Shown: one piece after another, positions 1-12,972 of the stretch
Layout of the letters: every line of letters starts with the position of its first letter
Position numbering within the stretch: the stretch's first letter is position 1
Assembly (NCBI RefSeq): GCF_009914755.1
Contig: NC_060928.1
Length of the DNA stretch: 64,000 nt
Strand: one strand, 5' to 3'
Source of the DNA: the human T2T-CHM13v2.0 reference genome, Homo sapiens
Program-made: the position numbers and the translations under genes
The notes under the pieces: generated by a model
What the model saw: the letters and a program-made list of their open reading frames with translations, nothing else
Told to the model about the DNA's origin: nothing
The model's database searches: none

Positions 1-388
1 GTTTTTTAAATTAAGATACCTAAGTTCTATTTACTAAGCAAGTCTATTTACTTGTAGGTAACTTACTATTTATTTTCCTCTGTTATATGCTAGCCTTCAG
101 TAAGTATTTAAGTATCCTATTCTTGGCTCAGATATGCTGAAGGGGCTTGGACTAAGGGATTAAATAGACGACTTTTGCCTTTCTTTTCTCTTCTAAGACC
201 TGTTTGGTGGCAATGGCAATGAGCTCTCAACGGTTAGGTAAATTTAGGGGATCAGTTAAGACTTGTGAAATTGAGATACTACTTTGAACATTAGGATTCT
301 CCCTTCATTACTACTGTTAAGAGGATTTGCATATGAATTATGAAAGGAACTTAATAGCTTTCTTACATTGTCTCGTTCTTATGCTATA

Positions 389-1567
389 CAGTCATGCATT
401 GCATAACAATGGGGACATGTTCTAAGAAATTGCATCATTAGGCAATTTTATTGTTGTATGAACATCATAGAGTGCATTTACACAAACTTAGATGGTATAG
501 CCTACTACACATCTAGGCTTTATTATATAGCTTATTGCTCTTACGCTACAAACCTGTATAGCATGTTACTATATTTAGTACTATAGACAATTGTAACAGA
601 ATGGTAAGTATTTTTGTATCTAAACATAGAAAAGGTAAAATAAAAATATTGTATAAAGGATTAAAAATGGTACATCTGTATAGGGCACTTACCATGAATG
701 GAGCTTAGAGGACTGGAAGTTTTTCTGGGTGGGTCAATGAGTGAGTCGTGAGTGAACGTGAAGGCCTAGGACATTACTGTACACTATTATAGACTTGACT
801 TTATAAACACTGCATTCTTAGAACACACTAAATTTATATAAAATTTTTTTCTTCTTCAATAATAAATTAACCTTAGTTTACTGTGACTTTTTTACTTTAT
901 AAACTTTGAAAATTTAAAAACATTTTGACTCTTTGGTTATAACACAAAACACAAACATGTACAACTGTACAAAAATATTTTCTTTATATTCTTATTCTAT
1001 AAGTTTTTTCTTTTTTAACTTTTCTTTTTATACTTTTTTGTTGAAAACTAAGACACAAACACACACATCAGCCCGGGCCTACACAAGATGTGGATTGTCA
1101 ATATCACTGTCTTCCACCTCCACATCTTGTCTCACTGCAAGTTCTTTAGGGGCAATAACAGGCATGGAGCTGTCATCTCCTATGATAACAATACCTTCTC
1201 CTGGAATACCTCCTAAAGGACCTGCCTGAGGCTGTTTTACAGTCGACTTTAAATAAAATAAGTAGGAGTATACTTGAACATAACTCAAAAATATGGTACA
1301 GTAAATACATAAAGCAGTAATACAGTCATTATCAAATATGCACTGTACACAATTGTATTGCTATACTTTTATACAACTGGCAGCCCAGTAGGTGTGTTCA
1401 AATCAGCATCACCACAAACACATGAGTAAGCTGTTGTGCTATGGTGTTACAATGGCTACGATATCACTAGGTGATAGGAATTTTTCAGCTCTATTTTAAT
1501 CTTATGGAACCACCATCATATGTATGGTCCATTGGTGAGTGAAAGGTCATTATGTGGTATATGACTA
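389..1567. mobile_element. Tigger3b-like (TcMar-Tigger) non-autonomous DNA transposon, ~1.18 kb
   Basis: Ends CAGTCATGCATTGCATAAC... and ...TATGTGGTATATGACTA are degenerate inverted repeats flanked by TA (387-388, 1568-1569); internal sequence resembles the Tigger3/GOLEM consensus as recalled. Confidence 0.85.
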
Positions 1568-1999
1568 TATTTCCAGGCTGGGTTGAGGGAGAGGTACACA
1601 GGGATTCTTGGGTTAAGAAATCTTTATATTCTCATCTTCTCTTAAAAGCCAAGAGCCCTGTAGGATAATTTTCATAGAACCAGTGGTCTCAGGCTCCAGA
1701 CTCTAGATACTTTAAATACTATAATAATTTATTATATGCAAAAATAACCCTCATTTAACTTTAGCTAATTTATAAAGCAGTCCTAGCAATTCATCTTTTG
1801 TTGGTAGCTATATATAGGGAATGCCTTTGTCAAAAGGAAAATTACTGTGGTGTCCCAGCATAACCAAGGCATTTGATCACTGTGTTCAGTAGTGATTTTA
1901 GAGTGATGCTGTCTGATAAGGTGACTGATTTTTTACTTTAAGTCTTGTTTACTATGATAATAACAGTTAATATTTATTATTTTTACTAGATATTGTTCT

Positions 2000-2125
2000 C
2001 TTTGCTTTACGTGTATTAAATTATTTAATCTTCTCAGCAACCCTATGAGGTGGATACTATTACTCCTTTTTACAGATGAAGTTGAGGCAGAGAAGTTAAG
2101 GAACTTGCCCAAGGGTACACAGCTA
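2000..2125. mobile_element. MIR fragment
   Basis: MIR core-like CAACCCTATGAGGTGGATACTATT...TTTTACAGATGAAG..TGAGGCAGAGAAGTTAAG.AACTTGCCCAAGG; boundaries approximate. Confidence 0.7.
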
Positions 2126-2348
2126 GGGTACCTTATGTAGGTGATTATGGAGCTAGTATACCTTATGGAGGTGATCTAGATCCCATATGTTCTCCCTCTC
2201 CATCTCATGCCCTTGTCTGTCATCTCTGTCATAAGGAAATGATTTGGTTTTCTAAGTATTTATAAAGTATAAAGTAGGGCATTGTAAATTTTTATTTATT
2301 TTAATTTTTCTTTCCATCTTCTTTTTTCTTACTCAATTATTACTATAG

Positions 2349-2506
2349 GTCAGTTGCTGATAAAGAGGCCATTGCAAATTTCACAAATCAGAAGAACATC
2401 AGCAATCCACCTGATATGTCAGGGTGGAATCCTTTTGGAGAGGATAATTTCTCTAAGTTAACAGAAGAGGAACTATTGGACAGAGAATTTGACCTTCTAA
2501 GATCAA
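2349..2506 (+). CDS. BMP2K: BMP2K internal coding exon (158 nt): SVADKEAIANFTNQKNISNPPDMSGWNPFGEDNFSKLTEEELLDREFDLLRS
   Basis: Polypyrimidine tract and TAG acceptor (AG 2347-2348), open frame, GTAAGG donor at 2507; phase joins correctly to the exon at 10789. Confidence 0.95.
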
Positions 2507-2544
2507 GTAAGGGACACTTGAAGGCTTATTTTGCTTCACAGTAA
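2507..2544 (+). CDS. BMP2K: Read-through C-terminus of the short BMP2K isoform (SKGHLKAYFASQ*)
   Basis: Frame stays open across the donor to TAA 2542-2544; AATAAA at 2812, 3028, 3560 and 3574. The 499-aa long-minus-short tail difference computed here equals the recalled 1161 vs 662 aa isoform lengths. Confidence 0.9.
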
Positions 2545-3242
2545 AATAACAGCTCTATTATTATTCAGCAAGGCCAAAGACTTTTGAGAATGTGTATGGA
2601 AAATTCTTTTTGTGCATTTGAGGGCAAAATTCAGGCCATCTTCTTATACATATACTATCAAATTATGTTGTGTGCATTAGAAATCAGTTGCTTGATAGTA
2701 GCTATTAAACCCAATATTGCTGATAGTATGCTAATATCCTAAAACTTAAATATTGCATATCTATGAATGTTAAATTCAGAATATCTCTAAAACATGGAAA
2801 ATTGATGTTTCAATAAAAAGGGAGACATTTTATTATTTTGCCTTACTAATGATTTTGCAGCTCTGTTTTTCTGCACACTCAATAGAAAATATTGTGGGTC
2901 TGAGATGCCCTTTGAAAATGCCTGAAAGAAAACATGGGCTACTACATTATGTTAATGTTTTGTAATGTCCTTTTAATGAGTGGTGACATAAAAGGGCTGC
3001 TTTGTTGTCCTGATATGGCAAAAATTAAATAAATTCTTTTTCACTTTAAATCAGATATCTCAATGTTTTTACTTGGAATCATTGCTTTTCTTTGAACTAC
3101 CTAATATATGTCAAGCTTCGCCACACATATTTTAGAAATGTCCTTTTTGAAAGAATGATGTGAGTGTTTTGAGTAGGTTGCCAAATAGGAGCAAAAAGCT
3201 CACTTCTAGAGTATGTAGATAATTTTCAGGTTTCTGAGGCTT

Positions 3243-3292
3243 TGTGTGTGTGTGTGTGTGTGCACGCGCATGTGTGTGCAGGTGTGCACACA
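3243..3292. repeat. (TG)n microsatellite with mostly alternating purine-pyrimidine extension
   Basis: TGTGTGTGTGTGTGTGTGTGCACGCGCATGTGTGTGCA read directly. Confidence 0.9.
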
Positions 3293-3564
3293 AAACAAGT
3301 GTGTTTTCCCCTTTTGCATGTGAAAAGAAGGTCTTAATAATCCCTAGTTTATAGTTCCTAGTTCCTATTTCATTTAGGTAATTGGCCTTATGAGAATGTT
3401 TAATAGATGAAATGCTTTGTTCTGAATTGGTATATATTTTATGTAAAATTCCTGTAAGAATAGTTTGGGATTTAAATTTGTATTTTATATATTGGTTATA
3501 TGATTATGAAAATTAAATTGATGATTAAATGCAGATATAAAAATAAGTTCTGAGCCGTTAATAA

Positions 3565-4020
<456 letters not shown>

Positions 4021-7000
4021 TAACCAAATCATTATAATTTATAGGATTATATTTAAAGCAAAAGATATTAATTTTAATGTGTACTGACCAGGGTTTACTA
4101 AATTAGTATTTTCAACTGCTTAGGTAAAAAATTATTTTTAAAAAATGAATTTATGAAATGGGTATTCACATTATTTTGTATCTTATAAAAATGTGTTATT
4201 CTAAGTTCCCTAGAATTTGTAATGACATCAAAGTAGTTTTATTTACTTAGCATAGGCAAGAGTGACATATGAATATGCCTATATGTGTATAACTTCATAA
4301 AAATTGGGTTGAGCACGTAAAATTCTTAAGTAGCTATTTTTAAGAATAGCTTAAAACTTCATGATCAGATAATGTGTAAATTTTAAACTTCATGATCAGA
4401 TGCCATTTGTAAATTGTGCATGTGTCTGTGTGCACATGTGTATGCCAAAGAGACTTCAGACTTTGCAGTATTAATTACAGAAAGATACTAAGATCCAAAG
4501 GAAAGTGCAGGAGGAATTTTATGTGAAGGTTAGACTTGGAGCAACCTTAGCCATTTGGAAAAACAGCTACATGGTCCATGAGCTACTGAAATTATTGTCA
4601 CAAGTCTGATGTGCTTAATTTGGCACACAGTACCAGAAAACATAAATTTTGATCCCTGACAATGTTACTTAACTAGATTGTAATCTCAGATAAGTCACTC
4701 AACTGCTGTTAGTCTCACTTCCACATTTATAAACTGGGGATAATGATGCCTACTTCATAGGGTTGTCCAGATAATTAAATGATGTCTTTAAATTTGGGCA
4801 CTCAATAAATAAATGCCACTTTCTCTTTTCTCACTTTCTGTATAAGCCTTTATGTCATGACTTAAGAGGTTTTTGGCTTTTAGCCAGCATTTAAAAATTA
4901 TATTTAAATTATTAGTTTCTCAGTGGTAATTTAACAGTCAAATTAGAAGGGGCTTTGTGGGCAAACACATCAAAAGCAGAAGTGACAAATGATAGCAAGG
5001 AAGTTGATGGAAAAGTGTCTGTTTTTCCTTTAATAATTGATACTCATTGTTCAGTGACTATTTTGGGGTCATTGAACCCACTCTTTTAGGGTTCAAAAAA
5101 GGTGAAGTGTCATTAATAAAAAAGTTTGTAATTACTATAAAGTTGTGTATAAAATGTAGTTTAGAAAGGTTTCCTCTCAGAGTTTAACTTAACTGTAATA
5201 TTTAGTCATCTTTAGCACCTCTTTCAGAAGCAATAAGATATCTAATATTTGATCTATTTGATGAGTTTATATTATATTGATGGGCAAAAGACCTCTTCCA
5301 GAACCTTCAGAGTTTATTAGAAGACTAATTGTTCAATGAAAATTGATAGATGGTCATTATATTAAACTTTCTTAAAGTTTAATGACTTTCACCTTTTTTG
5401 AATTCTGAAATAGTGGGTTCAGTGACTCCAAAATTTTGCCCATCAGTATAATATAAATCCTATCATTTTACAAAATGAATAAATAAACTGTTGATTCAGT
5501 TGAAATGCAATGTAGGATATTTGTACCCTTTTCCTTGACACAGGTATTAACAATTTTCCAAAGTCTTTTCTAAAATAATTTATATTTGGTTTATAAAACA
5601 CTTTCCAGTGAGAAACTGAAAGCCTTTATATGGTCCTTAAAAGTATAGGTATTGCCAATGCAATGATTATTCAGAATAATACATTCCCATTTGGGGTTTT
5701 ATTTTGAATATGATTCATGGTTATTTTTTTAAAAACAAAAAAAGGAAAATAATATGCTGTTTAGGGAATATTTTATGTGTATTATCCAGAAAGTAATTTT
5801 CAAATCATAATAGTATTTTGAGATATCAAAATTCTAAAATATTACTAATTAGTGATCTTTAAGAAAACAGTTGATTTCCTATACTAGGCAAAGGGATTTA
5901 ATATGTAAAATAAACTAGATTCTTCTTGCTTTCACCCTTCACTATAAATGAATACCATTTATGGTTCAGAATTGTTTTACCTGTTCTTAATTTTAGTAAG
6001 AACAAAACATTAAATCAAATTTAAGCAATAATAATAAAGCTTGTCTGAATGATTTTTTTAAAATTTAAGTTTGTATTTTTACTTTTTTGTACCAGAACAT
6101 CCAGAGTAGTATGTAAACTTTAGCAATTTGTCATAATATTTTAGTATTTTAATATTTAATATGACAATTTAAAATTGCCATAATATTTAATACTTTAAAC
6201 AGTAATTAGAACATAGATGCTTGCTTTGGGGAAATTATTAACATATTTGTGCAAATAGTTGTATAGTTATACTCGTTAATTAAAACTATTACTTCATGAA
6301 ATATATTTCATTTATTGATGGTGGATTTGTTTCTGCTTAAAATTGGATCAAAATAACTAAAAAGAAAAATAGAAGATAACTAAAGATTATGATTGCTTTA
6401 TAAATTCTACTGAATGTTGTTGTTTCACCTATGAAGCCACAGAATGATAATGGCTATAAGCATCTGAATCTGTAGTTTATTGTAAAATATTAACCCTCAT
6501 CTTTTGTAGCAAATTCAGAACTATTACTGTTCCTTCAGTGTAGAATAACAGAGCTTTTCAAATATATTAGACCAGTTTCAGGAGTTTTTCATTAACCTTT
6601 TAGCCTTTTACACCATTATCCATATAAGCAGCAGAATTAACTTTGTAGACTATTTTAATTTCGTGATAATATTATGGAATATACTTTGATTCTAGGATTT
6701 TAAAATCCTATATTTTTGCTATCTGTATCAATTAAAATTCTTGAAAAGATACTGTCTTTATTCACCAACATAATTCTTTTGTGAAGGCAGGAGGTAAGTT
6801 TCTCATATTGGATAATCAAGCTTTGTTCTAATCTAAAGAAAACCAGTCATTTGAAAATGTAATTAAAAACATTTTAGGGTTGACTATGTATTTACAAAGT
6901 AGTTCTACATAACCATTTCATTAGATTTTATTTGTAGGTAATTAATAATTACAAAATTAATGTGTATATTTCTTTTGTATTTTGTGTCCTGAGACTCACA

Positions 7001-7395
7001 TTTTCATGTGAACTTTAGAAACATAAATGATTTTTTAAAAATTCAATTGAAAACTTGATTCTGTGTTTTGTGGAACAATAACATTATTCATTTTACAGTG
7101 AATTTATTCTGATTCCTATTTTGAAATAACTGGATAAATGGACTTAGCATAGAGCAGTATCTTCCATATTTTTACTTATAGGGACCCCTACATAAAAATA
7201 AGTTCCCCTCTACATGATAATGTGTATAGTTTTGTCATAATTTCACAGTACTGTTTATATACTTACCATAAATTTACCACAGACTGATGGATGTAATATA
7301 CCCAGTGCATGAGGATTTAAAGAACCTTAGTGATAACTTCACAGTTTTATAAGCTGGGACTCATTATTATAGTAGTGGTTTAAATACGTGGAGAG

Positions 7396-7668
7396 GGTCA
7401 GGTGTGGTGGTTCATGCCTGTAATCCTGCTACTTTGGAGGTTGAGGTGGGAGGATTGCTTGAGGCCAGGAGTTCGAGACTAGCCTGAGCAATATAGTGAG
7501 ACCTTGTGTCTACAAAAAATTAAAAAAATAAAATTAGCCAAGTATGGTGTGCCTGTAGTCCCAGCTACTCCAGAGGCTGAGCCTGGGAGGCAGAGGTTGC
7601 AGTGAGCCAAGATCATGCCACTGTATTACAGCCTGGGTGAAACAGCAAGGCTCTGTCTCACAAACAAA
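7396..7668 (+). mobile_element. AluJ-like element with a right-arm deletion
   Basis: GGTCAGGTGTGGTGG...GGAGGATTGCTTGAGGCCAGGAGTTCGAGAC; degenerate TSD ACGTG(CT)GAGAG. Confidence 0.85.
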
Positions 7669-7678
7669 CGTGCTGAGA

Positions 7679-7998
<320 letters not shown>

Positions 7999-8959
7999 TT
8001 ACTACCTAATGAATCAAGTAGACCTAATGAATCAAGTCTACGGTTGGGTCCAGGTAACTACATTTTATACAGGAATCCTAGCAGTTATGATGCAGATGGT
8101 TGAGGCAAAAAGTCTGTTTCTAATTCAGACCTAAATACTTATACTTTTGGTCTTAATTTTCAGGAATGAGGGCCCTTGGATATTGACATGCTGTAGTTAT
8201 CATTCTGAGTCAGTCTCTTCCATTTGTTCTTTCTCACCCCCTCTTTTCTCTGTCCTCAGTGCTTTATACACTGGAATTTGGGAAATGGAGAAGAGTGGGG
8301 GAGTCCAGGTGGATTCTGATACAAGGCATAATTACTGGTTTTACAGTTCCTCCATAAATGCATTCAGGGCCTGAATAAATAGGTAACCACATGTAATCTC
8401 TATGACTCAGTGAATCTTAATCCTCACCTTAAGGTTTGATTGTGGCCTCCCACCACAATAAGTTAGGGACCCTTCGTTATATAAATTATTCTTCAACCTT
8501 TTGCAGAAAGATGTTATGGGACTAGCTACTCTTTAATGGGTGTTTTGACAACAAAATAATAAAAAGTTTTTAGTAAAATGAGCATTTGTTACTGATTTCC
8601 TGCATTAAGTATACAGTTAATATCTTGAAAAATAATACCCAAAATGAATTTTCATTGTTAACCAATGCAGTGTTGGATTTGAAAAGTAGCACTTAAGTTT
8701 AGGAAGTTTTGTTTGTTCATAAAACAATTGTCAGATGTATTTAGTAACTCAATATTAGTGCCTCAACAAAATGTTTAATAGTGTTTCAACAAAATTTTAA
8801 GTAAAAATTTAAACAATCCAAAGTTTCATGTAGATACTGCAGAGTTCATCTTAGCTGTAAGAGCTGGTAATTGTCCCGTTGTCATAAAGGTTTTGAAAGA
8901 ATTAGTTGCCCATAGGAGTAATTATATTTAGAATATAATAGACTCTAGGGCCTTGTTTA

Positions 8960-9114
8960 TTCAAGAGTGTACTTCTTGGACAGCAGTGTCAGTATCACTG
9001 GGGGGCTAGTTGAAGTGTGGAATGTCAGGATCCTCCCCAAACTCATCCCATCAGAGTCTACATTTTAACAAATCCCCAGGTAACTGAAATGTACATTAAA
9101 TGTAAAAAGCACTG
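8960..9114. mobile_element. MER5-like (hAT-Charlie) fragment
   Basis: CAGCAGTGTCAGTATCACTGGG...TCAGAGTCTACATTTTAACAAATCCCCAGGT...AGCACTG; boundaries approximate. Confidence 0.6.
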
Positions 9115-9472
9115 TTAGAAGAGATGCTGCTTGAACTTGGGGCTTTTTGCTTCACTCCAAAATTAAAAGTCATTTTTAGGGAATTCCAATTCTACTTGGG
9201 TTCTGCCTCCCCTACACTGCAGTCCCTTAGAACTCAGTTGAAACCAGTACAGCTTACCATGGAATTCTTGGAATATAGGTCAGTCTAAACATGATTTGGA
9301 TTTTTTCAAATGGCTGTGGACCAAAGGTCTGCTGGTAGAAATGCTTGAAATATCTGGAAAGGAGGTAGAATGAGTCTCAAATAGAATTTTGATTGCCAAG
9401 AATCAGAGGCTAGAGAGACATCCTACAAAAATCAGGAAGTTCTCAACTAGTATGTGTCTACTATGTGGAGAG

Positions 9473-9770
9473 TTTTTTTGTTGGTTTTAGAGACAGAGTC
9501 TCTCTGTCATCCAGGCTGGAATGCAGTGGTACAGTTTTGCCTCACTGTAGCCTCAATTTTTAGTAGTATTTTTGCATTCTTAAAGTAATGTGTTATTGAC
9601 TGTTATAGAATATTGTGAAGTTAACATTCTGTAAAGATCGGGAGAGATTCAAATTTTATTACATGCTTGGTGAAAAAAGTCATCTCACTGTGTTGCTCAG
9701 GCTGGTTTCAAGAAATCCTCCTGCCTTGGTCTCCCAGAGTGCTGGGATTATAGGTGTGAGCCCCCATCCC
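9473..9770 (-). mobile_element. AluJ-like element with its middle replaced by non-Alu sequence
   Basis: Alu sequence at ~9473-9555 and ~9681-9770; degenerate TSD ACT(ATG/GTA)TGGAGAGTTT on both sides. Confidence 0.75.
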
Positions 9771-9849
9771 TGAACTGTATGGAGAGTTTAAGAGCAAGGA
9801 AAAGATAATCATTACTAGGGAGTCAGGATATATCAACTCAAAACACACC

Positions 9850-10220
9850 GGGCCTCTTGCCTTAGAGTCTTCGCTCCAGCTCTTTCTCTACCTGATTGTT
9901 CTTTCCTAGATATTTACTCCCTTGCGTCCTTCAAGTCTTTTCTTACCTAGTAACTAATAGAATCACTCTGTTACTAAAACCTCTACCCACTTCCTCAATT
10001 CCTGTTTCCCTGCACTACATTTTTCTCTATAGCTTTTAATACACCATATACATTTCTTATTATGCCTATTGCCTATTATTTGTTTTTTCCACACCAGCAT
10101 ATAAACTGCATAAGGGCAGGGGTCTTTGTTTTGTTTGACCTTACATGCCAGTTGCCTAGAATAGTGCCTGGCACATTGGCACATAGTAGATACTAAAATT
10201 TACTTGTTGAATGAATCAAT
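9850..10220 (+). mobile_element. L2 3'-end fragment
   Basis: CCTAGAATAGTGCCTGGCACAT...TTGTTGAATGAATCAAT, typical L2 terminus. Confidence 0.7.
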
Positions 10221-10788
10221 AAACTCTGTTTTTGTGTAAGTTTTTGTGAGTGTACGTGGGGGCATGTGTGTTTGTGTGTGTGTGTGCGAGAGAGAGAATG
10301 GTTTGATAGTACAAAGTAGTACAAAAAAAGAACAAAAAAGTAAGATATAGTGAATTACTTTTTATTACTATTGAGAAGTAAGATTTACCTACTTTATGGA
10401 TGAATGACCATTTGCAAGATTTTTTCTAAATTTATTTTTGGAGACTGTCTGTCAAATATGTCTCTGTTTATTTAGCTGGGTTTGAGTTCAGGCCCAAAAG
10501 TTGAGGACAAGTAGTATTTAAATGAATCAGACTAAGTTTATTGTTGGGTTAATTGTATTTAGTGAAACCTATCACGGATTATATTGTTAAATTTGCTTTT
10601 GCAGCAACAAATATGTATTAAATTCAGGACTACTCCCTAATACTTACAGTGATAGATTCTGAACCTAATGTTTTGCAAAAAGGCTGGTGCTTTAATTTTC
10701 ACTTTTATTTATATGTATATCACTTTTTAATTTAAAGATCATTTTTATTTCATTTCATTTTTTATTTCGTTTCATCTTATTTTTGCAG

Positions 10789-10899
10789 ATAGGCTCGAGG
10801 AGAGAGCATCCTCAGATAAGAATGTAGACTCACTTTCTGCTCCACATAACCATCCTCCAGAAGATCCTTTTGGTTCTGTTCCTTTCATTTCTCATTCAG
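10789..10899 (+). CDS. BMP2K: BMP2K penultimate exon of the long isoform (111 nt): (N)RLEERASSDKNVDSLSAPHNHPPEDPFGSVPFISHS(G)
   Basis: Strong acceptor TTTTTGCAG (AG 10787-10788), open frame, donor CAG|GCAAGT (GC type); phases match both neighbouring exons. Confidence 0.93.
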
Positions 10900-12554
10900 G
10901 CAAGTTACACATGTAACATCATCACTGTCACAAATAAAACACACAAGAACAACAGCAAAATCTTATAAAGTGGAAGTAAGACTCTGATGTTAGTTAGCTA
11001 CAGAAAGTAGAAAATATTTTAACCTTTAGCCATCCTACTCTTCTTAATGATGTTCTTTGCATTGAGTTATTATTCAGTTGTATCTTTGCCAACATAGAAA
11101 AATGCTGATTTACACAATAGAAACATAACTGCTTCTTTTCATCTTTATTATTGGATACTGTTGAAAAAAATATTTAAAGATATTTTTATACTTGGCTTTT
11201 GCTTAAAAATTTGATATTTTCCTAGTTTGTACATGCTCTCTTGTAGATGCATTTTAAAAGTATTAATAATTTTGTATTTGTCACAATCACTTTGTTTTAC
11301 TCTTGTCTTCTTATATCCCTCTTTTGATTTCAATTCAGAATTCAAATATTGATGTTTTTCACTGTTAAAAATTTTCAGTAATAATTTCAAATTACCCAGT
11401 TAACACTTGGAAGATACTAGGATGGAATAGGATCGTGCATTGGCATAAATGAATTTTCATGTATGTATGGTTATAGTGGAAAAAAAGAGTTTTAATCTTG
11501 GCAAAGGGAAATATGTTAGAAGAAGTTATGCTTTATTAGAAGGTAAAAGTTCGATATATTCATGGTAACTGTCGGCCATGTTCTTCAGTTCTGTTCCTTT
11601 TGTTTCTCACTCAGGCAAGTTACATATGTAACACCATTTGAAAACTACAGAATTAACAACAAAAGAAAAACTTACAAATGTAAAGCCAAAAGAAGAATTG
11701 AGTGTTTAGGATTTCTGCTGAGTACATTGAACAGCTTTTCAACATTCAGACTTGTTTGGTTATCTGGAATATACAGGATAGTTTTTTCATTGCTTTCATA
11801 CTCCATATTTTTCTCTTTGACATTTATTAAAAACAGTTCCTATTCTTGCTGTTTTCTGTTTGCTGCTTTCAAGTTTTCTTTTTCATAAATGACATAATTA
11901 ACTGGGGAACATAGCTTACTGTGTCTGTTTACTTATTCTGCATAAATGTGTTCCCTTATACCCCCAATACCCTGGGTAATGGAATTATTACTGTCTAAAA
12001 TTATAATAACTCAAAATAGTCATTGTAAGTTCTCAAGAACATAGTATTCAATGACTTGAGATACTGATCTCTGTGTGGTAGAAGGCAGTTTCAGTACTAG
12101 CTCTTTTACATCCTCTGTTAGGAATTGCATTATCCTTTTCAGGTTTGCATGGACCTATACAACTACTTCTCTGATGTTTAATAGCATCTGAAAGAACCCT
12201 GGGGAAATGAATAGTAGAGTTAGGAGAACTGAAGTAAGCTTCAGTGATTGGTCTTTTCTCTGGACACCCTTATTTGGAGGTTGGCCTAAAGATTTTGTAC
12301 TTCGCAACATGTTCACAGGTTTGAGCTCGATTGCTGCTATTTTGTTTAACTGTTTACTATGGGTATTTATATTAGATTTTAAGCTAATTGAGGGTGGGAA
12401 ATATGAATTGTCTATCTTTGAATCCTGCCCAGTATACAACCCAGTAGGTACCTAATACTGTTCATTGAATGTGCAGAAAAAAATCATGACTATCTATAAA
12501 AATTCATATTCCTTAGATTTAGGACAGTGGCCTTAAAAAAAATGCCCATTAATG

Positions 12555-12972
<418 letters not shown>

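Noticed and set aside
11575-11614. GCC-ATG at 11578 in frame with the duplicated donor, suggesting a kinase-less tail protein from an internal first exon
   Set aside because: No promoter-like sequence or CpG enrichment nearby; the ATG is plausibly chance.
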